Assembly: GCF_037042905.1 (NCBI RefSeq)
Contig: NC_087251.1
Coordinates: 47,990,001-48,054,000, forward strand
DNA from: Lytechinus pictus
Taxonomy: Eukaryota
Direction: 5' to 3'
Length of the DNA stretch: 64,000 bases
The position numbers were made by a program, and so were the translations under genes. The notes beneath the pieces were generated by a model. It was not told the origin of the DNA. It did not search any database and worked only from the letters and a program-made list of their open reading frames with translations. Below are positions 1 through 13,075 of the stretch, in pieces; position 1 is the stretch's first letter, and the number at the start of each line of letters is the position of its first letter.

Positions 1-225
1 TGTTCAAGTGAAAGGGGGAGTGAAGGTCGATTATCACAATGATCCCTGAGCTTAATGTACAAGCACATGGAACTTAAAAGAAAAAAAAAATCTTCTATTA
101 TAGCTGTTTAAGTGTATAATCTAAGATCTTTTCTGCTAATTCTGTTTTATATCGTGTTTTTCTTTGATACTAGAAATAACATCTTTGGTATTCATGAAAA
201 GATAACTTTGATGAAAAGAACCGAA

Positions 226-752
226 ATGTACCATTTCTTTCCTCCTTTGGAAGCTCATTTGATATTGTGGCAATTTGTTAATACTTATTCTATACACTTT
301 AGTGATAATACTCAAGGTTTTCCGGGTGGGCGTTTCAGAAAGCTGTTGGTAAAGTTACGTATGATTTTAAGCACAATTGGACATGATCTTACTTATGCTC
401 CATGTACCATTTCTTTCCTCCTTTGGAAGCTTATTTGATATTGTGGCAATTTGTTAATACTTATTATATACACTTTAGTGATAATACTCAAGGTTTTCCG
501 GGTGGGCGTTTCAGAAAGCTGTCGGTAAAGTTACGTATGATTTTAAGCACAATTGGACATGATCTTACTTATGCTCCATGTACCATTTCTTTCCTCCTTT
601 GGAAGCTTATTTGATATCGTGGCAATTTGCTAATACTCATTCTATACACTTTAGTGATAATACCCAAGGTTTTCCGGGTGGGCGTTTCATAAAGCTGTCC
701 GTAAAGTTACGTATGATTTTAAGCACAATTGGACATGATCTTACTTATGCTC
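226..752. repeat. Three tandem copies of a 176-bp unit
   Basis: ATGTACCATTTCTT recurs at 226, 402 and 578; units nearly identical; the third runs on into a complete MITE ending near 860. Confidence 0.92.
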
Positions 753-1739
753 TAAATCAGTTACGTGGGTATGGTATGAACATTTAGCACAAGAAAAGCT
801 TACCAGGTCTGAGGAAGTAAGTATAAAGTTACGAACAGCTTTTTTGAAAACATCCGCCAGGTTCATGTACATGTAGTCTGGGACCCGTGGCATAAAAGTT
901 GTGACAATGGTTGGCTTGCCATCCAATGGGAACTTAGCGTTGTAACCATGGTAATTACCATAGAACGGCAAAGTTTATGCAACAGGGCCCTGCTGTTGGG
1001 AAATATGACTTTAGAAATGGAAATGTACAAGGAATAAAGGGATATAAAGTACAATTTAGTGTTTGTCCTATGTTAAGTTGTATGCATACATTTTCTAATA
1101 TACATGTATGGAGGGTGGAGCCTTGAGCCTATAATTGTTTTGTTTTTTATGCTAGTGAAAGATGTGTGAATTGTGAACGATACTGATGCTTAGTCTATTG
1201 CCTTGTTATTCAACCCGAGAGCTATGGTTTCATCTGGGACTAAATGAAACAAAACAAACAAAAATTTTCATGTTTTCAATTCTCAATTGAATTTAATATA
1301 TAGATGCATTAAATCACAATTTAAATAATGACATGCAACATTATGCAAAATGAGATAATGCCACACAATAATATGTAATTGCTTGGAAGATATTTTCCTT
1401 TTGAAATGGAATGTTATGTTTCATGCAGAGAAATAATGCATAATTTAGCACTTTCTTATTTATGAGATTCTTACTTGCGTTACAATGACAACTTAACCTA
1501 ATTAGGTGATTTTACATATTAAAGGTAGGAGGTAGCTGTAGAGAACTGACAAAATTCGGAATTTTCTCGTCTGAAAAATTACTTTGCGGATTATTCACTG
1601 GAATGCATAATGTTTGACTTATGCTGACTTGAAATAACTTAGCTATATACATGTATATGCAGCAGCAACATCAGGTAAAGATCTGAAGCCACATCACATG
1701 CTTTTCAATGTCAGTGTAGGCTCTACCATTCTTGTATAT

Positions 1740-2040
1740 AATAATAATAATGATAATATAGAGTATTTCTAAAGCGCCAAATCCACATTGATTATGTGCT
1801 CAAGGCGCTGAAATACACTTGGTATATCATTATTACCCCGGCTGTAGCTGAGCGGCCATATAGGCGCTAAAGCATTCGAGGAATAAGTCCTACCGGGTAC
1901 CCATTCAGCTCACCTGGGTCGAGTGCGGCACAATGTGGATAAATTTCTTGCCGAAGGAAATTACGCCATGGCTGGGATTCGAACCCACGACCCTCTGTTT
2001 CAAAGTCCGAAGACTAATCCACTGGGCCATAACGCTCCAC
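1740..2040 (-). mobile_element. tRNA-derived SINE
   Basis: A box TGGCCCAGTGG, B box GGTTCGAATCC, central CCCAGGTG..AATGGGTACC core, (ATT)n tail. Confidence 0.85.
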
Positions 2041-2699
2041 TATGACTGAAAAGTTAATGGATGAGTCCCCACAAGTTATATTTTACTGCATGTGCCATCA
2101 CTTTCTACCTTTTACTTTTTTTATTTTTATTATGCTGGTATGTCCACAGGAAGACCAACTATCATGTGCAACTCTGCTGACCTAACCAATTCTTATTTTG
2201 ACTGACTTTGGTAGCCATTTAGTGATCTAAATACTATCTTGAATCTATGTTATGCTGTAATGCAGGAAAAATTTATCCCACTCGCTATTCTTATATGTGG
2301 ATACCTATCTCCAAAAAATTGTTTGTGGAAATTACTGAAAGTTGGTGTTCTGATAATGCACCATGTATTGGTTATAAAAAAGTAACGAACAATTTTATTT
2401 GAATTACACTGCAAGTGACTGGATACGCTTTGGGACGAGGTTGCCCACATTGGATTTGATGTGATGATTAGGCAGAGCAGATAGCCTTGAACTGTTTCAA
2501 TTGTTTGTATTGTTTTTCATTTTAAGTTGGTATGAGTTGAAATCTAAAAATATACATGATTGTAAGTCATGCAATAATTGTCATTGTATGATAATAGTCC
2601 TCAATTCATACATTGTATTTCATGATTGTATGTTACAGTGTGCACTCGTATTAACCACAGCATAATCAATTTCCAAAATTACAATAACACACAATTACA

Positions 2700-2705
2700 T
2701 TTATT
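2700..2705 (-). terminator. Candidate NEK2 polyadenylation signal
   Basis: AATAAA on the minus strand about 610 nt after the stop, followed by a GT-rich stretch; other candidates exist. Confidence 0.3.
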
Positions 2706-3315
2706 TCCATTCATCGGCACAGCTTACAAGTTTGCCAGAATACTATCAGACCTCTTGGTAGATCACAACTAACTTTTGTCAATTAGATTGCGATAAAAGA
2801 ATAATATTAAAACAGTTTTCTATGAAGAACCAGTATGATCTGTTTTAATATTTTTTTATACCAACATACAAATAAATTTCATTTTTTTCCCCCTCACAGT
2901 GAAACCCACTCTGTTCACCGGGGTTACCAGTCTTGTTTTTTTTCATTCATCAGACTAGATACCTTCATTAATCAGAGCTCACTATCATGAACAATCTATA
3001 CTACTCCATTATGTCAGATGAAAGACCAACCTATTCCTGATTGCATGTTGTATAAAGCATCATCTTATTAATAAAATCAGTGAGATTGTGTGTTAAATAT
3101 TATGCGTACATCGGCACTAAAACATGCCGTCAAGTCGTACTCCAAGGTTTGTGAAACACCCTCGGGTATTACACTTGGTTTTGTTGCAAAGGCAAAAATT
3201 CTTGATACTCTGAAACAAGCTTGCATGGTCCACCTGTCCCGTTGTACGTTGCCTGTAAGTGTCCTGCACTTTCTTAAACCCTTCCTGTCCTTCAGCCAAT
3301 CAATCTTTGACAAGC

Positions 3316-3551
3316 TCATCTCAATGAGAGCAGCTGTTTGCTCTTGAGCTTTGAAGTCATCTCTTGCTTCCGAAGGGCAAGTCCTCTCAATTTCGCCTGA
3401 TACAATCGCTCTTTCAAATTTGCCATCTTGGTATCGGCCGGCAGTGCGGCATCGTCGCTTTCGTGAGATGCGGGGTCGTTTTCCTTTCCCGGCATGAAAT
3501 GGACGTGCTTCTTCGTCTTCAAGGTGGTTGGGTGCTTATCATCAAGGTATT
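3316..3551 (-). CDS. NEK2: NEK2 terminal exon (KKHVHF, GKEND, ...LKSKQLLSLR*)
   Basis: TTTCAG acceptor; stop at 3316-3318; summed CDS 1353 bp = 450 aa + stop; resembles the NEK2A C-terminus LKSRQILGMR. Confidence 0.92.
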
Positions 3552-6283
3552 CTGAAATTGTGCAGGAGTAAAAATGAGATAAAAGAGATAATGAAATATG
3601 TACTAGTATTGATACTGAACAGGCACCACCAGAGATTTGAGCATCATATCACAATATGGGGAGGGGTGATCTATAAATACAAGTATAAACCCCCCTCCAC
3701 TTGAATAGGGTAATTATACTATTGTCACTAATCTCCACTCGAACTTCATATCATATTTACTCATACATGTACTTGTGTAGTAGAAGTGAAAAGGGAAGGG
3801 GATGGAAGTGAAACACAATAATCATCTGAAGTATTTATACTTGAGAATTAAAGGGGGGGGGGGAGGATGAAGAGTCACTTTGAAACATTCATACTCTAAA
3901 ACTCTTACCGAAGTGAAAATGGGGTGAAATTTGGGAATAAGAGGACTAGCTAAGTTCAAACTCTAGTACTTTTCATGGAAAGCGAAAACTTGAAACTCAT
4001 TCATTACTCTACTTGAGGAAATGTATAGCTGGTAAAAGTTATTTTCCCATACATGTGCATCATGTTTCTTGAAAGATATTTGGAAAATAGAATACATTCT
4101 GCCCCGATCGGTTTTCTTAAAGACTTTAAAAAATCATACTGCATCCTGTACACGGCCTTTGATAAAACATACATTGTATACTATTATAGCAAAAATTATA
4201 TTTGCATGAGTTTTGTAATTTCAATAAAATGCATTGAATAGAAAAAGAATCACTCGATCAGATCAGATAAATTATTCTCTAACGCAGTTTATTAAAAAAG
4301 TATCAGTGCACGAAAGGGAAATAACATAGAACAAATAGTATTTGTAATAGACACACAAAATCCCAGAACATATTTAAGCTGTAATTGTAAATAAATTTAA
4401 TTTCCTGTACAATAAGTTACTGTTAAGGCCTAGGATTTAGCACAAAAAATATTGCTAAACTTTGTCACTTCACATTTAAATCACCTTAATCTGAATAGAT
4501 TCTATTAAACAAAAATAGACAAAAGGGCCATCATACTCTCATAGCTGCATGATTAACTTGAATAACAATGAAACATATATCATGATCTCCTCAAAACAAA
4601 GAACAAATGCAAAAGAAAACATCTGTGATGTAATTCTAAACCGTACTGCTGGAGTAAGTAAAGCACACTGTATTGCAAATATTGCACATTGAAATGGTGA
4701 ATGAAAATGGCAATCTTCTTTCAAAAGGAAATACCTCACACAATTATATGTTCTTTAGAATCTACATAAACTGACAACTAAATACAGGTAATGCAAATAC
4801 AAAAAAAAATGACATAAATTTATTTAGACATACTGTAACTTATAACACTAGATCTATATAAATACCTTACTTTGTAAATCAGTGTAGACTAACACAGTGA
4901 CTAAAAACATCCAGCGCAGGACTAATACTAGTTTTGGCAACCTCTTATCAAAATGGCAGAACTTGCATACAATATAATATGAAACAAAATAAGTGGAAGC
5001 TTCAGTTTACTGATACAGAATAAAAGTTTGGGCAGAGTCATTCATTTGAACAATACGCTCGTATCATCGAACATTGGACATTACAAAAGCACAGTAGTAA
5101 TAACATGAACTTTTCGCCCGTTAGAACCCAACTATGGTATTTTTCTGGCTATTGGGATTTAAATTTAAATCACTCTCTTACACAGTTTGAATAGATTTTG
5201 CTTTATTGGACAAAACGGCCCATTCTGGTTTAACTGACAAGGTTTAAATGCGTGCTTCAAAAAAATAATATGCGCATCCAATCCCACGTGGCCTGTATTC
5301 TGAAGTCGGGTTTAATCAAAACTATGGTCTAAAGTTGTGGTTTAACTATGGATAGGCAATTGTGACATAAATATCTAACAGTAGAGGTTCAAAGTATCAG
5401 CTAATTTAACCCTAAACGGACTAAGCTATTTCGACATAATGGCATAATCTACAAAATGATAAGATCAAATCTGAACTGTCTGGGAAGGATAAATGAGATA
5501 CATTGTAATTTTCTTCACCATGAAAGAATTTAGGAAATAGCACAGGAAACATACCATGTGAACAAATTTTGAAATGTTTGGCTGCCAAGAATTATAGCAC
5601 AGAGTTAGACCACGGTAAACACAAGTTCAGAATAAGGGCCAATGTGGGGAACCTTCCTGAAAGATATTTCTCTTTGTTTTCCAATGATGAAAAGTTTTCA
5701 TATTATTACCATAGCTTGAGCAGGTTGTGGAGTCAAGTAAGATTAGATAACCATTGGGGCCTGATGTACGATGAGGTTATTTTCTGGAATTCCCAAGATA
5801 ATATTTGTACTTCATATTTCCTGAAGGTTTCAACGGTTCAAAAGATGTACTGTTCAAGATTATGTTGAAATTCAGCTATCCAGTAACCCATATTTATACC
5901 AAAGATGTTTAATCACCCTAAAATAATTGGTCCATATTCTTAATCCTAGAGGTTTCAATTGCACCATGGTACAAAACCATAGTCTATGTAGATTTCACTC
6001 TTTATCGTTCTTCAATTAGGCGCCCTTTGCCGAAAGGGCACACTTATAATTGTACGTGATGAAATAAACATAGTTATATACAAAAATCTGCTTAGAAGAT
6101 GGTTTTGCACTATAATACTATTGAAACTTCTTTGTGAATACGGCCATTGAGAGATGGCGCCTGGATGGACTGTGTCTCATTAAGAATCTTATGGAGGAGT
6201 TAATCTATTTCTCGAAGGCGCATTCATCACGTATCTAGCACACAAATAAGGGAACCCATAGTCATGCTCGGGAGAAGTCCTAC

Positions 6284-6366
6284 CTTTTTGCTTCCGAAGT
6301 TCTGCCACTCTGGAGGTAGCCTTTGAAAGCTGTTTCTGTTGCTGTTGCTCAAGTAGCTCTTCTGCC
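6284..6366 (-). CDS. NEK2: NEK2 exon 7 (AEELLEQQQQKQLSKATSRVAELRKQK)
   Basis: AG/GT boundaries, 83 bp; its phases (2 in, 1 out) join exons 6 and 8 in frame. Confidence 0.85.
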
Positions 6367-7055
6367 CTATCATTACAAAATAATAATAACCGTTGATAGC
6401 ATCAGGATAAATGTGTCTTTCCTCTTAAAATTTAATAGCACTTGGGCTATTGTTGTAAAAACATTTCGACGAAATACACAAATGGCATTTTGTAAAGTGT
6501 ATATATAATAAAATGCATAGCAATTTGTGATGCTATACCAGGATGGCATAACACTAAAGTTAGTGATTAATTGTATGCTTGATTTTCAAATTTGATTGTA
6601 CATTGTAGTCAATTTAATCAATCGTTCAAAATGTTCTACGATCATTGATAAGCTTTGTGGTACGGGGTCCCTGGAAAGCTATTTCATGATATTCATTACA
6701 ACATCCATTACTCCCAATTGCAAAGCAACTTGAAATAAACGTGGTTTAATATACTGCAGCACCCCTATTGTAATCAGATATTTAGACAATAAATGGACTT
6801 GAAAGGGAGGGGGGGTGGGTGATGTAACAAGTCAATATGACCCCAACCATTTTTAGGATTTTCGTCATCACTTCTTATAGATCCAATCATCATGAAATTT
6901 TGTGCAAATGACAGACATGTATAAACTAATAAAGGATGTTCCTATACTAAAGTTTTTCTACCGTTTCAAAAAAAATCATCGATGCATATTTTTTATTGTA
7001 TTTATTTTATATGGCATAGCTATAAATGTACTAGCTTTTGCCTAAATGAGACTAC

Positions 7056-7327
7056 CTTGACATTTTGTCTTTTGCTAGCCTCTCTCTAGCTGCTAAGCTT
7101 CTCTCCCTCATGTCCAGTTCTTTCTCTTTGTCATTCAGCATCTGTTCCCTCTTGCTGGCAGCCCTCTCCCTGACCTTGAGGCTCTCCTCCCGGGCAAGCA
7201 AGGCCTCTCTCTCCTTCTTCAGGAGATCTGATTCAGAGGATTTCTTGTCTCCCGAGGAGTCCGGGGAAGTTGGAGGCGACAGTCTCGGATTGGCGAGGAG
7301 GTCGTCTATCGATGGTCTTGATGCGGG
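7056..7327 (-). CDS. NEK2: NEK2 exon 6 (end of kinase domain and leucine-zipper/coiled coil)
   Basis: CAG acceptor, GT donor, 272 bp; PASRPSIDDLL followed by an E/R/L-rich heptad region. Confidence 0.9.
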
Positions 7328-8043
7328 CTGTTGTATAAAAAAGAGAGAAAGTCGTCTTAAAACATGGTCTAAAATGAGATACAAAACTGAAATTTGTTGG
7401 CTTAACGCAGACTTCTATAGAAGGAAAGAAAGTCCATTCAACTATGAACACAGTTTAATATAATGTATAATATTGAAATTTGTATTTTATAATTACATTG
7501 TTTGTTTTGGCTAGTGAAATTAAGTTGAAATTGAGAAACAATTTTGATCACCAAAGGAAGCTCGCCCATCACTCCTCAGGAGATTATAACAACTCAAAAA
7601 ATGGTTGACACACACCGAAATTACAATAACACAATGGCAATGACATATTCTTCATTTATTTCTTACATCCAAGTGTATACTTTCCAAAGAGCATGAAAAT
7701 TGTATATTGTGGAGAACAAGAGAATCTATTAAAAAAAGGGGTTCTTTGGACAAATTCTATCTATCATGGCAAGAATCTGTTGACACATTTACAACACATC
7801 GTCTGGAACCCAGCAAATCATCAACATTGAACGTGTATTACAAGAGATTCCAATTCATCTTGAATTTGGTTATTATTCTACACAAATGAGCCTCTCCAAA
7901 CTGTAGCCTTTCACCTATATATATATCACAACATAAAACTTAAACAAAAGGGCTAATTCAATTCTCAATCTTGATGAAAAAGTGTGATTAAAAATTAGTC
8001 ATACATGTAGTTGAATGAAACAATATCAAGCAATTGATTTTAC

Positions 8044-8170
8044 CTTGACTTTTAGCATGGTGGAGATGATATCGTTGAGATCAGATGAATATTGCACAGG
8101 CAACCTACGAAAGTGACCACCCTTGATCTTCACAGCTAAGGCAGCTTGGTTTGGAGCAGTGAAAGGAGGA
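8044..8170 (-). CDS. NEK2: NEK2 exon 5 (PPFTAPNQAALAVKIKGGHFRRLPVQYSSDLNDIISTMLKVK)
   Basis: AG/GT boundaries, 127 bp; kinase C-lobe. Confidence 0.94.
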
Positions 8171-8710
8171 CTGAAAGGAAAGATCAGAAAATAAATATGA
8201 AAATGGCACTATTAATGACAGACTATCAGAGGAAACGAGAGATTTAGTTCATTTCATCATCCATCCCCAGATATGTTAAATGTGTATAATAATGTATTAT
8301 AGGTTTTACTACCCATTATGGATGTGTTGAATAATAAAATTTGCAAAATTTTCTATTCAGCTTTTTTTGGAGGTAACCAATTGAGATCTGGCTTCTCCCT
8401 TCTTTGATAATCGTGAGAGTTCTAGAAAATTGTTTTCTGAAGAGCTGCACTGAAAAGTTGATGATTTATGAGGTGGTGTATAAGAGTGGTGTACTTGCTT
8501 CGATCGATACCGTACATCTCGCAACCCCCATTTTTATGTTTACTCAATAGCAAAATAAAATTAAATAAATGTTTGGTGAACCATCTAAAATTCAATTTTT
8601 TTTATTTAATAAGTAACTAGTCAGTAGTCACATCTCATTAATCAAATTTATCATCCTGTGAAATAGCCAAAGAGAATACCATTACACATCATTTAGAAAT
8701 ATTCCCTTAA

Positions 8711-11401
8711 CTCTTTCAACGCGTACTTCGCACCGATGCACGATCGGTGCGGCGCAAACTTCGCATTTAACGCTCAAACATTCAGTCCATTGTATTTGTG
8801 CGAATTGTGTTGATTTTCCCGGAGGTGGCGGTTTTCGTTCAGCTTTTGTTATTATCCACACTCACAAGGCTTTCGTATGCGGTAGTTTTCACTATAGATT
8901 TAGATTGCAAATTTTGGAGAAAAACAATTTTTTTTACAGCTCTTTTAGTAGTGCCATCATGGCTCCGAGGAGGTTATTTTCCGTAGATGAAGCTCGTGAA
9001 CTTATACTGGCGGGCTCTTCGGAGTCACCTGCTTCTGTCTTGGATTCAGATTCGGAGTATGATGAACCCATGTCATCTCAAGGCAGTCCCACCCATAGCA
9101 ATACAGGTGGTGAGTTTGATATCGATGAAGATGAACAGTTTACTCAAGATTCGGACAGTGAGATTGAGGATGATGATGAAGAACAGGATGATGAACGAGA
9201 ACATTCCTTCCTTTCTTTCTGACTTTCGTTCGTTCTTTTTTTTTTTCTTCCTCTCGTCTATCATTTTACTTAACCTTTTCTTTCTTTCGTTTTTATTGCT
9301 TGCTTCCTTTCTTCCTTCTTTGTGTCTTTCCTTCATTATTTGCCTTCCTTCTATCTATCATTTTACCTTTTTTTTTTATTTCCCTTCCTTCTTACAATCA
9401 CTCCTTCCTTTCATCTATCCTCTTACCTTTTTTTGTTTGCTTCCTTCTTTCTTTCCTTTATCCATTTCCGTTGCTCTTTCTTTCTTCCTTCTTTCTATCA
9501 ATTTAGTTTCATTTTCTTTCTTTTATATTTCTTCTTTCCTTTCTTTCTATTATCCTTCAGTACTGTCTTTATGTCTTTCGTTCATTCTTTCTCTATTGCA
9601 TACTTCATTTGTTCCTTTTTTTCTTTTTTGTCCTTTCTTGGGGGGGGGGGGGGGGAGGGTAACAAGAAAAGACATCAAAATAAACTCTTCTCTTTTTAAA
9701 ATGTTTTTCTTTATTTTGGGGACCAATAAATTTTAGGTTTGGACCAGTAAAAAAATGGAAAACCGGGTATCTACTGGTCCGACATGAACAGGTTGGACCG
9801 TTAGAAAAAAATAAATGCACTCAAGGCCCCTCTCAGAGAAAAGAGACAGGATATAGATACAATAGTTCATTGGGTCGCATGGTCATGTACTCTGAATAGG
9901 GGGCAGGATATGAGTACAATAAGACACACTTCTCAACCCTAATCATCTCTTTTTCTTTTCTCCTTTATTCCTTCTTTTCTTTAGAAATTCTTTAGAAACA
10001 TGGTATATGTTTGGTATCAATGGACAGCTTAATATGATCCACTCTGTAAGGACAGTGTTTTATTTGAACAAATGGTTATGTAGATTCTTATACATGTCAT
10101 ACATAGACAGATGAATAAAACATACACATAACTATTTAAAAAAATGATAAACTACATAGACAACAGGAAGCTGGAAATACATATGTTGATAAAGAGAGAT
10201 AAATACATAGAATACACATGTATAACGATTCAAACATTTATAGAATTAAAAAATAAAGAGGGATAGATAAATGAAAATAGTAATAAGTTTACAGGCAGAC
10301 ATACAGATAGAAAAGGTATATGCAAACAGTTTTGTAATGGACAGATAAAATAGGCAAACATTTACAAATGTATATGGTTGCTATAAAAAAAAAGATAGAT
10401 AGAAATATACGTAGGTAGATAGATAGAAAGATAGATATATATAGATAGATAGGTAGGTAGACAGATAGATAGATGAATGGATGGATAAATAGATAGATAT
10501 ATAGGTAGGTAGATAGATATATTTATAGATCGATAGATAGATAGATCAATGGATGGATGGATAAATAGATAGATAGGTGGGTAGGTAGAAACAAGATACA
10601 ATGTGATGCTAAGAAGATATATAAACATAATTCTGCAGATGAAATAGAGCAAATTACAAATTAAGCAAGTGGCAAATAATGTAACTTGTTTGTGTTTATT
10701 GGGTTTTGTGTCAAACATTTATAAACCTTTGACGCAAAATATAGAGATATATAGAGTACAGAATGTAATTTTTGACCTGCAAATACCAAACTTGTTGTCT
10801 AAAGGGTATTATATAAAATGTTAAAGTATCTCCCAAAAAATCAATAAATGCATTCAAGGCCCCTCTCAGAGAAAAGAGACAGGATATAGATACAATACAT
10901 GTAGTTCATTGGTCATGTACTCTGGTCATGTACTCTGAATAGGGGGCAGGATATGAGTACAATAAGACACACTTCTCAACCCTAATCATATCTTTTTCTT
11001 TTCTCCTTGATTACTATTTTTCTTTAGAAACATGGTATATGTTTGGTATCAATGGAAAGCTTATGGTCCACTCTATAAAGGAAAGTGTTTTATTTGAACA
11101 CATGGTTATGTAGATTCTTATACACTAGGCTTGAGAACACCCTTTACCATATGTAATAGAATCATCTTTCTATGAAATTATGGGTTATATACAAATTTTT
11201 CATCATTATTTCCCCCCAAAATTGATAGTTAGAAAGCCTGTGAAATTTTCTACAACTTTGCTGTGAAGCATTTTCCCTCAAAATGTTGGAGTAAAAAGTT
11301 ATAGCAAGTTGAAGTAAGCAAGTGTATTTTGTTTACTTCTCCTGATGCCTCCTTGAAAACCATTCAGCACAAAGGGGGTTCATGGCCCAGCGCATAAAGA
11401 G
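8711..11401 (+). mobile_element. Non-autonomous piggyBac-like element in NEK2 intron 4
   Basis: TTAA|CTCTTT...AAAGAG|TTAA ends; acidic N-terminal transposase-like fragment MAPRRLFSVDEARELIL..DSDSE (ORF 8905..9222); interior is CT-rich and GATA repeats plus a ~280-bp direct repeat (about 9810-10092 and 10843-11122). Confidence 0.7.
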
Positions 11402-11573
11402 TTAAACAAAAATAAAAAGATTTAACAATATCAATTTGTTCCACAATGTTATTGAAAAACAAACACCACACTAGACTTATTCCAATGCTTGTATAATGTT
11501 TAAGAAATGGGAGGGAGGAAAAGCATTGCAAAATCTTGATGGAAAGGAAATAGAACTTGGACTAAAATCTTAC

Positions 11574-11656
11574 CTGAGTGAACAAAGTTCATAGAGCAAA
11601 CAACCTAGGGACCAAATATCTGACTTGTCATTGTATGACAATCTATTCATCTGTTC
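11574..11656 (-). CDS. NEK2: NEK2 exon 4 ([27 protein letters not shown])
   Basis: AG/GT boundaries, 83 bp, frame-compatible with exons 3 and 5. Confidence 0.95.
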
Positions 11657-11948
11657 CTGTGTACATAAAAGAAATGAAAATCATTGTTATTATTTGGTAG
11701 TATTTAATTTTTTATCAAGCATTTAAAATCGCATGTCTCTTTTACAAACCCTTGTAGTTGGCCAAAGTGGACATAAATAATAGTTCAATAAATGTTAGTA
11801 CATTTTCCCCCCAAGGGTACATTTTTTAAGATCACCAATCCAAATTTCCTAAACTATATTACAGTCTGCATGAATGGACACTGAGAATTTCAGTGCTCTG
11901 TTTTGAGTGTTTTAGGGCTATTGGGGGATTGGGGGCCAATTTGCCCAG

Positions 11949-12112
11949 GGGAGCGTTTCATCAACATTTATGTCTGACAAGTTGTCAGATCTGACAACTT
12001 TCCTTGAGTTTGATTGGCTGGAAACTGGAAAGCACCGTTCCCATGAAAACTGTCAGATAAAACAAGACTTGTCAGATTAAACGTCCGACAAGTCATTTCA
12101 TGAAACGCTCCC
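11949..12112. mobile_element. PIF/Harbinger-like MITE
   Basis: TIR GGGAGCGTTTCAT; CAG target-site duplication. Confidence 0.8.
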
Positions 12113-12205
12113 CAGATCCTGCATGTATTTTCCTGACATGCTCTGGCAAAAAGAACCTTCGACTAGACCAAATAACTACAAATAACACGCTCAAAATGAA
12201 CTTAC

Positions 12206-12443
12206 AGGAGACATGTAATAAGGTGTCCCAACAAATGTCTTGGCAAAACTGGTATCGTGATGGAGCACCCTGGCTAGGCCAAAGTCACCAAGCTTCACAT
12301 TGTGATCAGCATCCAGGAATACATTGGCGGGCTTAAGATCTCGGTGAAGGATGGCGCGACCTTTGCCCCTCCTGTGGCACTCCTGCAAGGCCACGGTAAG
12401 CTGCTGAAATATCTTCCACACAAAGCTCTCCTCTAAAAATTTC
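12206..12443 (-). CDS. NEK2: NEK2 exon 3 ([19 protein letters not shown])
   Basis: AG/GT boundaries, 238 bp; catalytic loop and activation segment of NIMA-family kinases. Confidence 0.96.
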
Positions 12444-12857
12444 CTTCAAGAAAAACAAAAGAATACAAAAATTTAAAATCTCCTCATTGACCTAATAAAC
12501 AAAAAACACTAGTCTGTATTATTCATTTTTTTTTCAAATACAGCAAAAAAAGAGAGAAGGCGGATCAATGATCAAAACAGGTTAAAAACCATGAATTTCA
12601 TCACAGAATGCTTCCAATAATTTGCTTATAATATGTATTATGTAATCTTCGCAGGGTTTTGCACAACATTTTGTAGACCTGTCTACAATTTCGATTTTCA
12701 ACTGAACCTTAAAAAAAAGTTCTTAGTAAATTTTTTTTTTGACAGATTCTTATTTCATAAACAACTAAAACAATTGGTCTAACTTTGGCTACGGAAAAAA
12801 TTTCAGACAACCATGAATGTGCAGGTTTACTGATAGAGTACTAAGATGACCAGATAC

Positions 12858-13075
12858 CTGTCTTTCTTGCATTTTGATATGAGACTGCCTAGATCACCTC
12901 CTTCACAATACTCCATAATGATGTAGATGGTAGATGTTGAACGGTCTACAATCCTGTCATAGTAGCGAACGATGAACTCGTGTTTAAGCTCCCTCAGCAA
13001 GTTGACCTCTGACACAAGCATCTGTTTCTCCGCCTCGCCCATGGTCCCATAGTCAATTTCTTTGGAAACAAGGAT
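12858..13075 (-). CDS. NEK2: NEK2 exon 2 (ILVSKEIDYGTM...EYCEGGDL...KKDR)
   Basis: AG/GT boundaries, 218 bp; kinase subdomains II-V; overlaps ORF 12827..13042. Confidence 0.95.

Noticed and set aside
112..787. Three similar ORFs suggesting a small gene family
   Set aside because: They are translations of the 176-bp tandem repeat in shifting frames.
1960..2040. tRNA gene
   Set aside because: The tRNA-like head continues into a SINE body and tail; the same holds at 57069.
8987..9736. 249-aa Phe/Leu/Ser-rich membrane-like ORF
   Set aside because: CT-rich low-complexity sequence; the same applies to ORFs at 33.4-34.0 kb and 52.9-53.3 kb.
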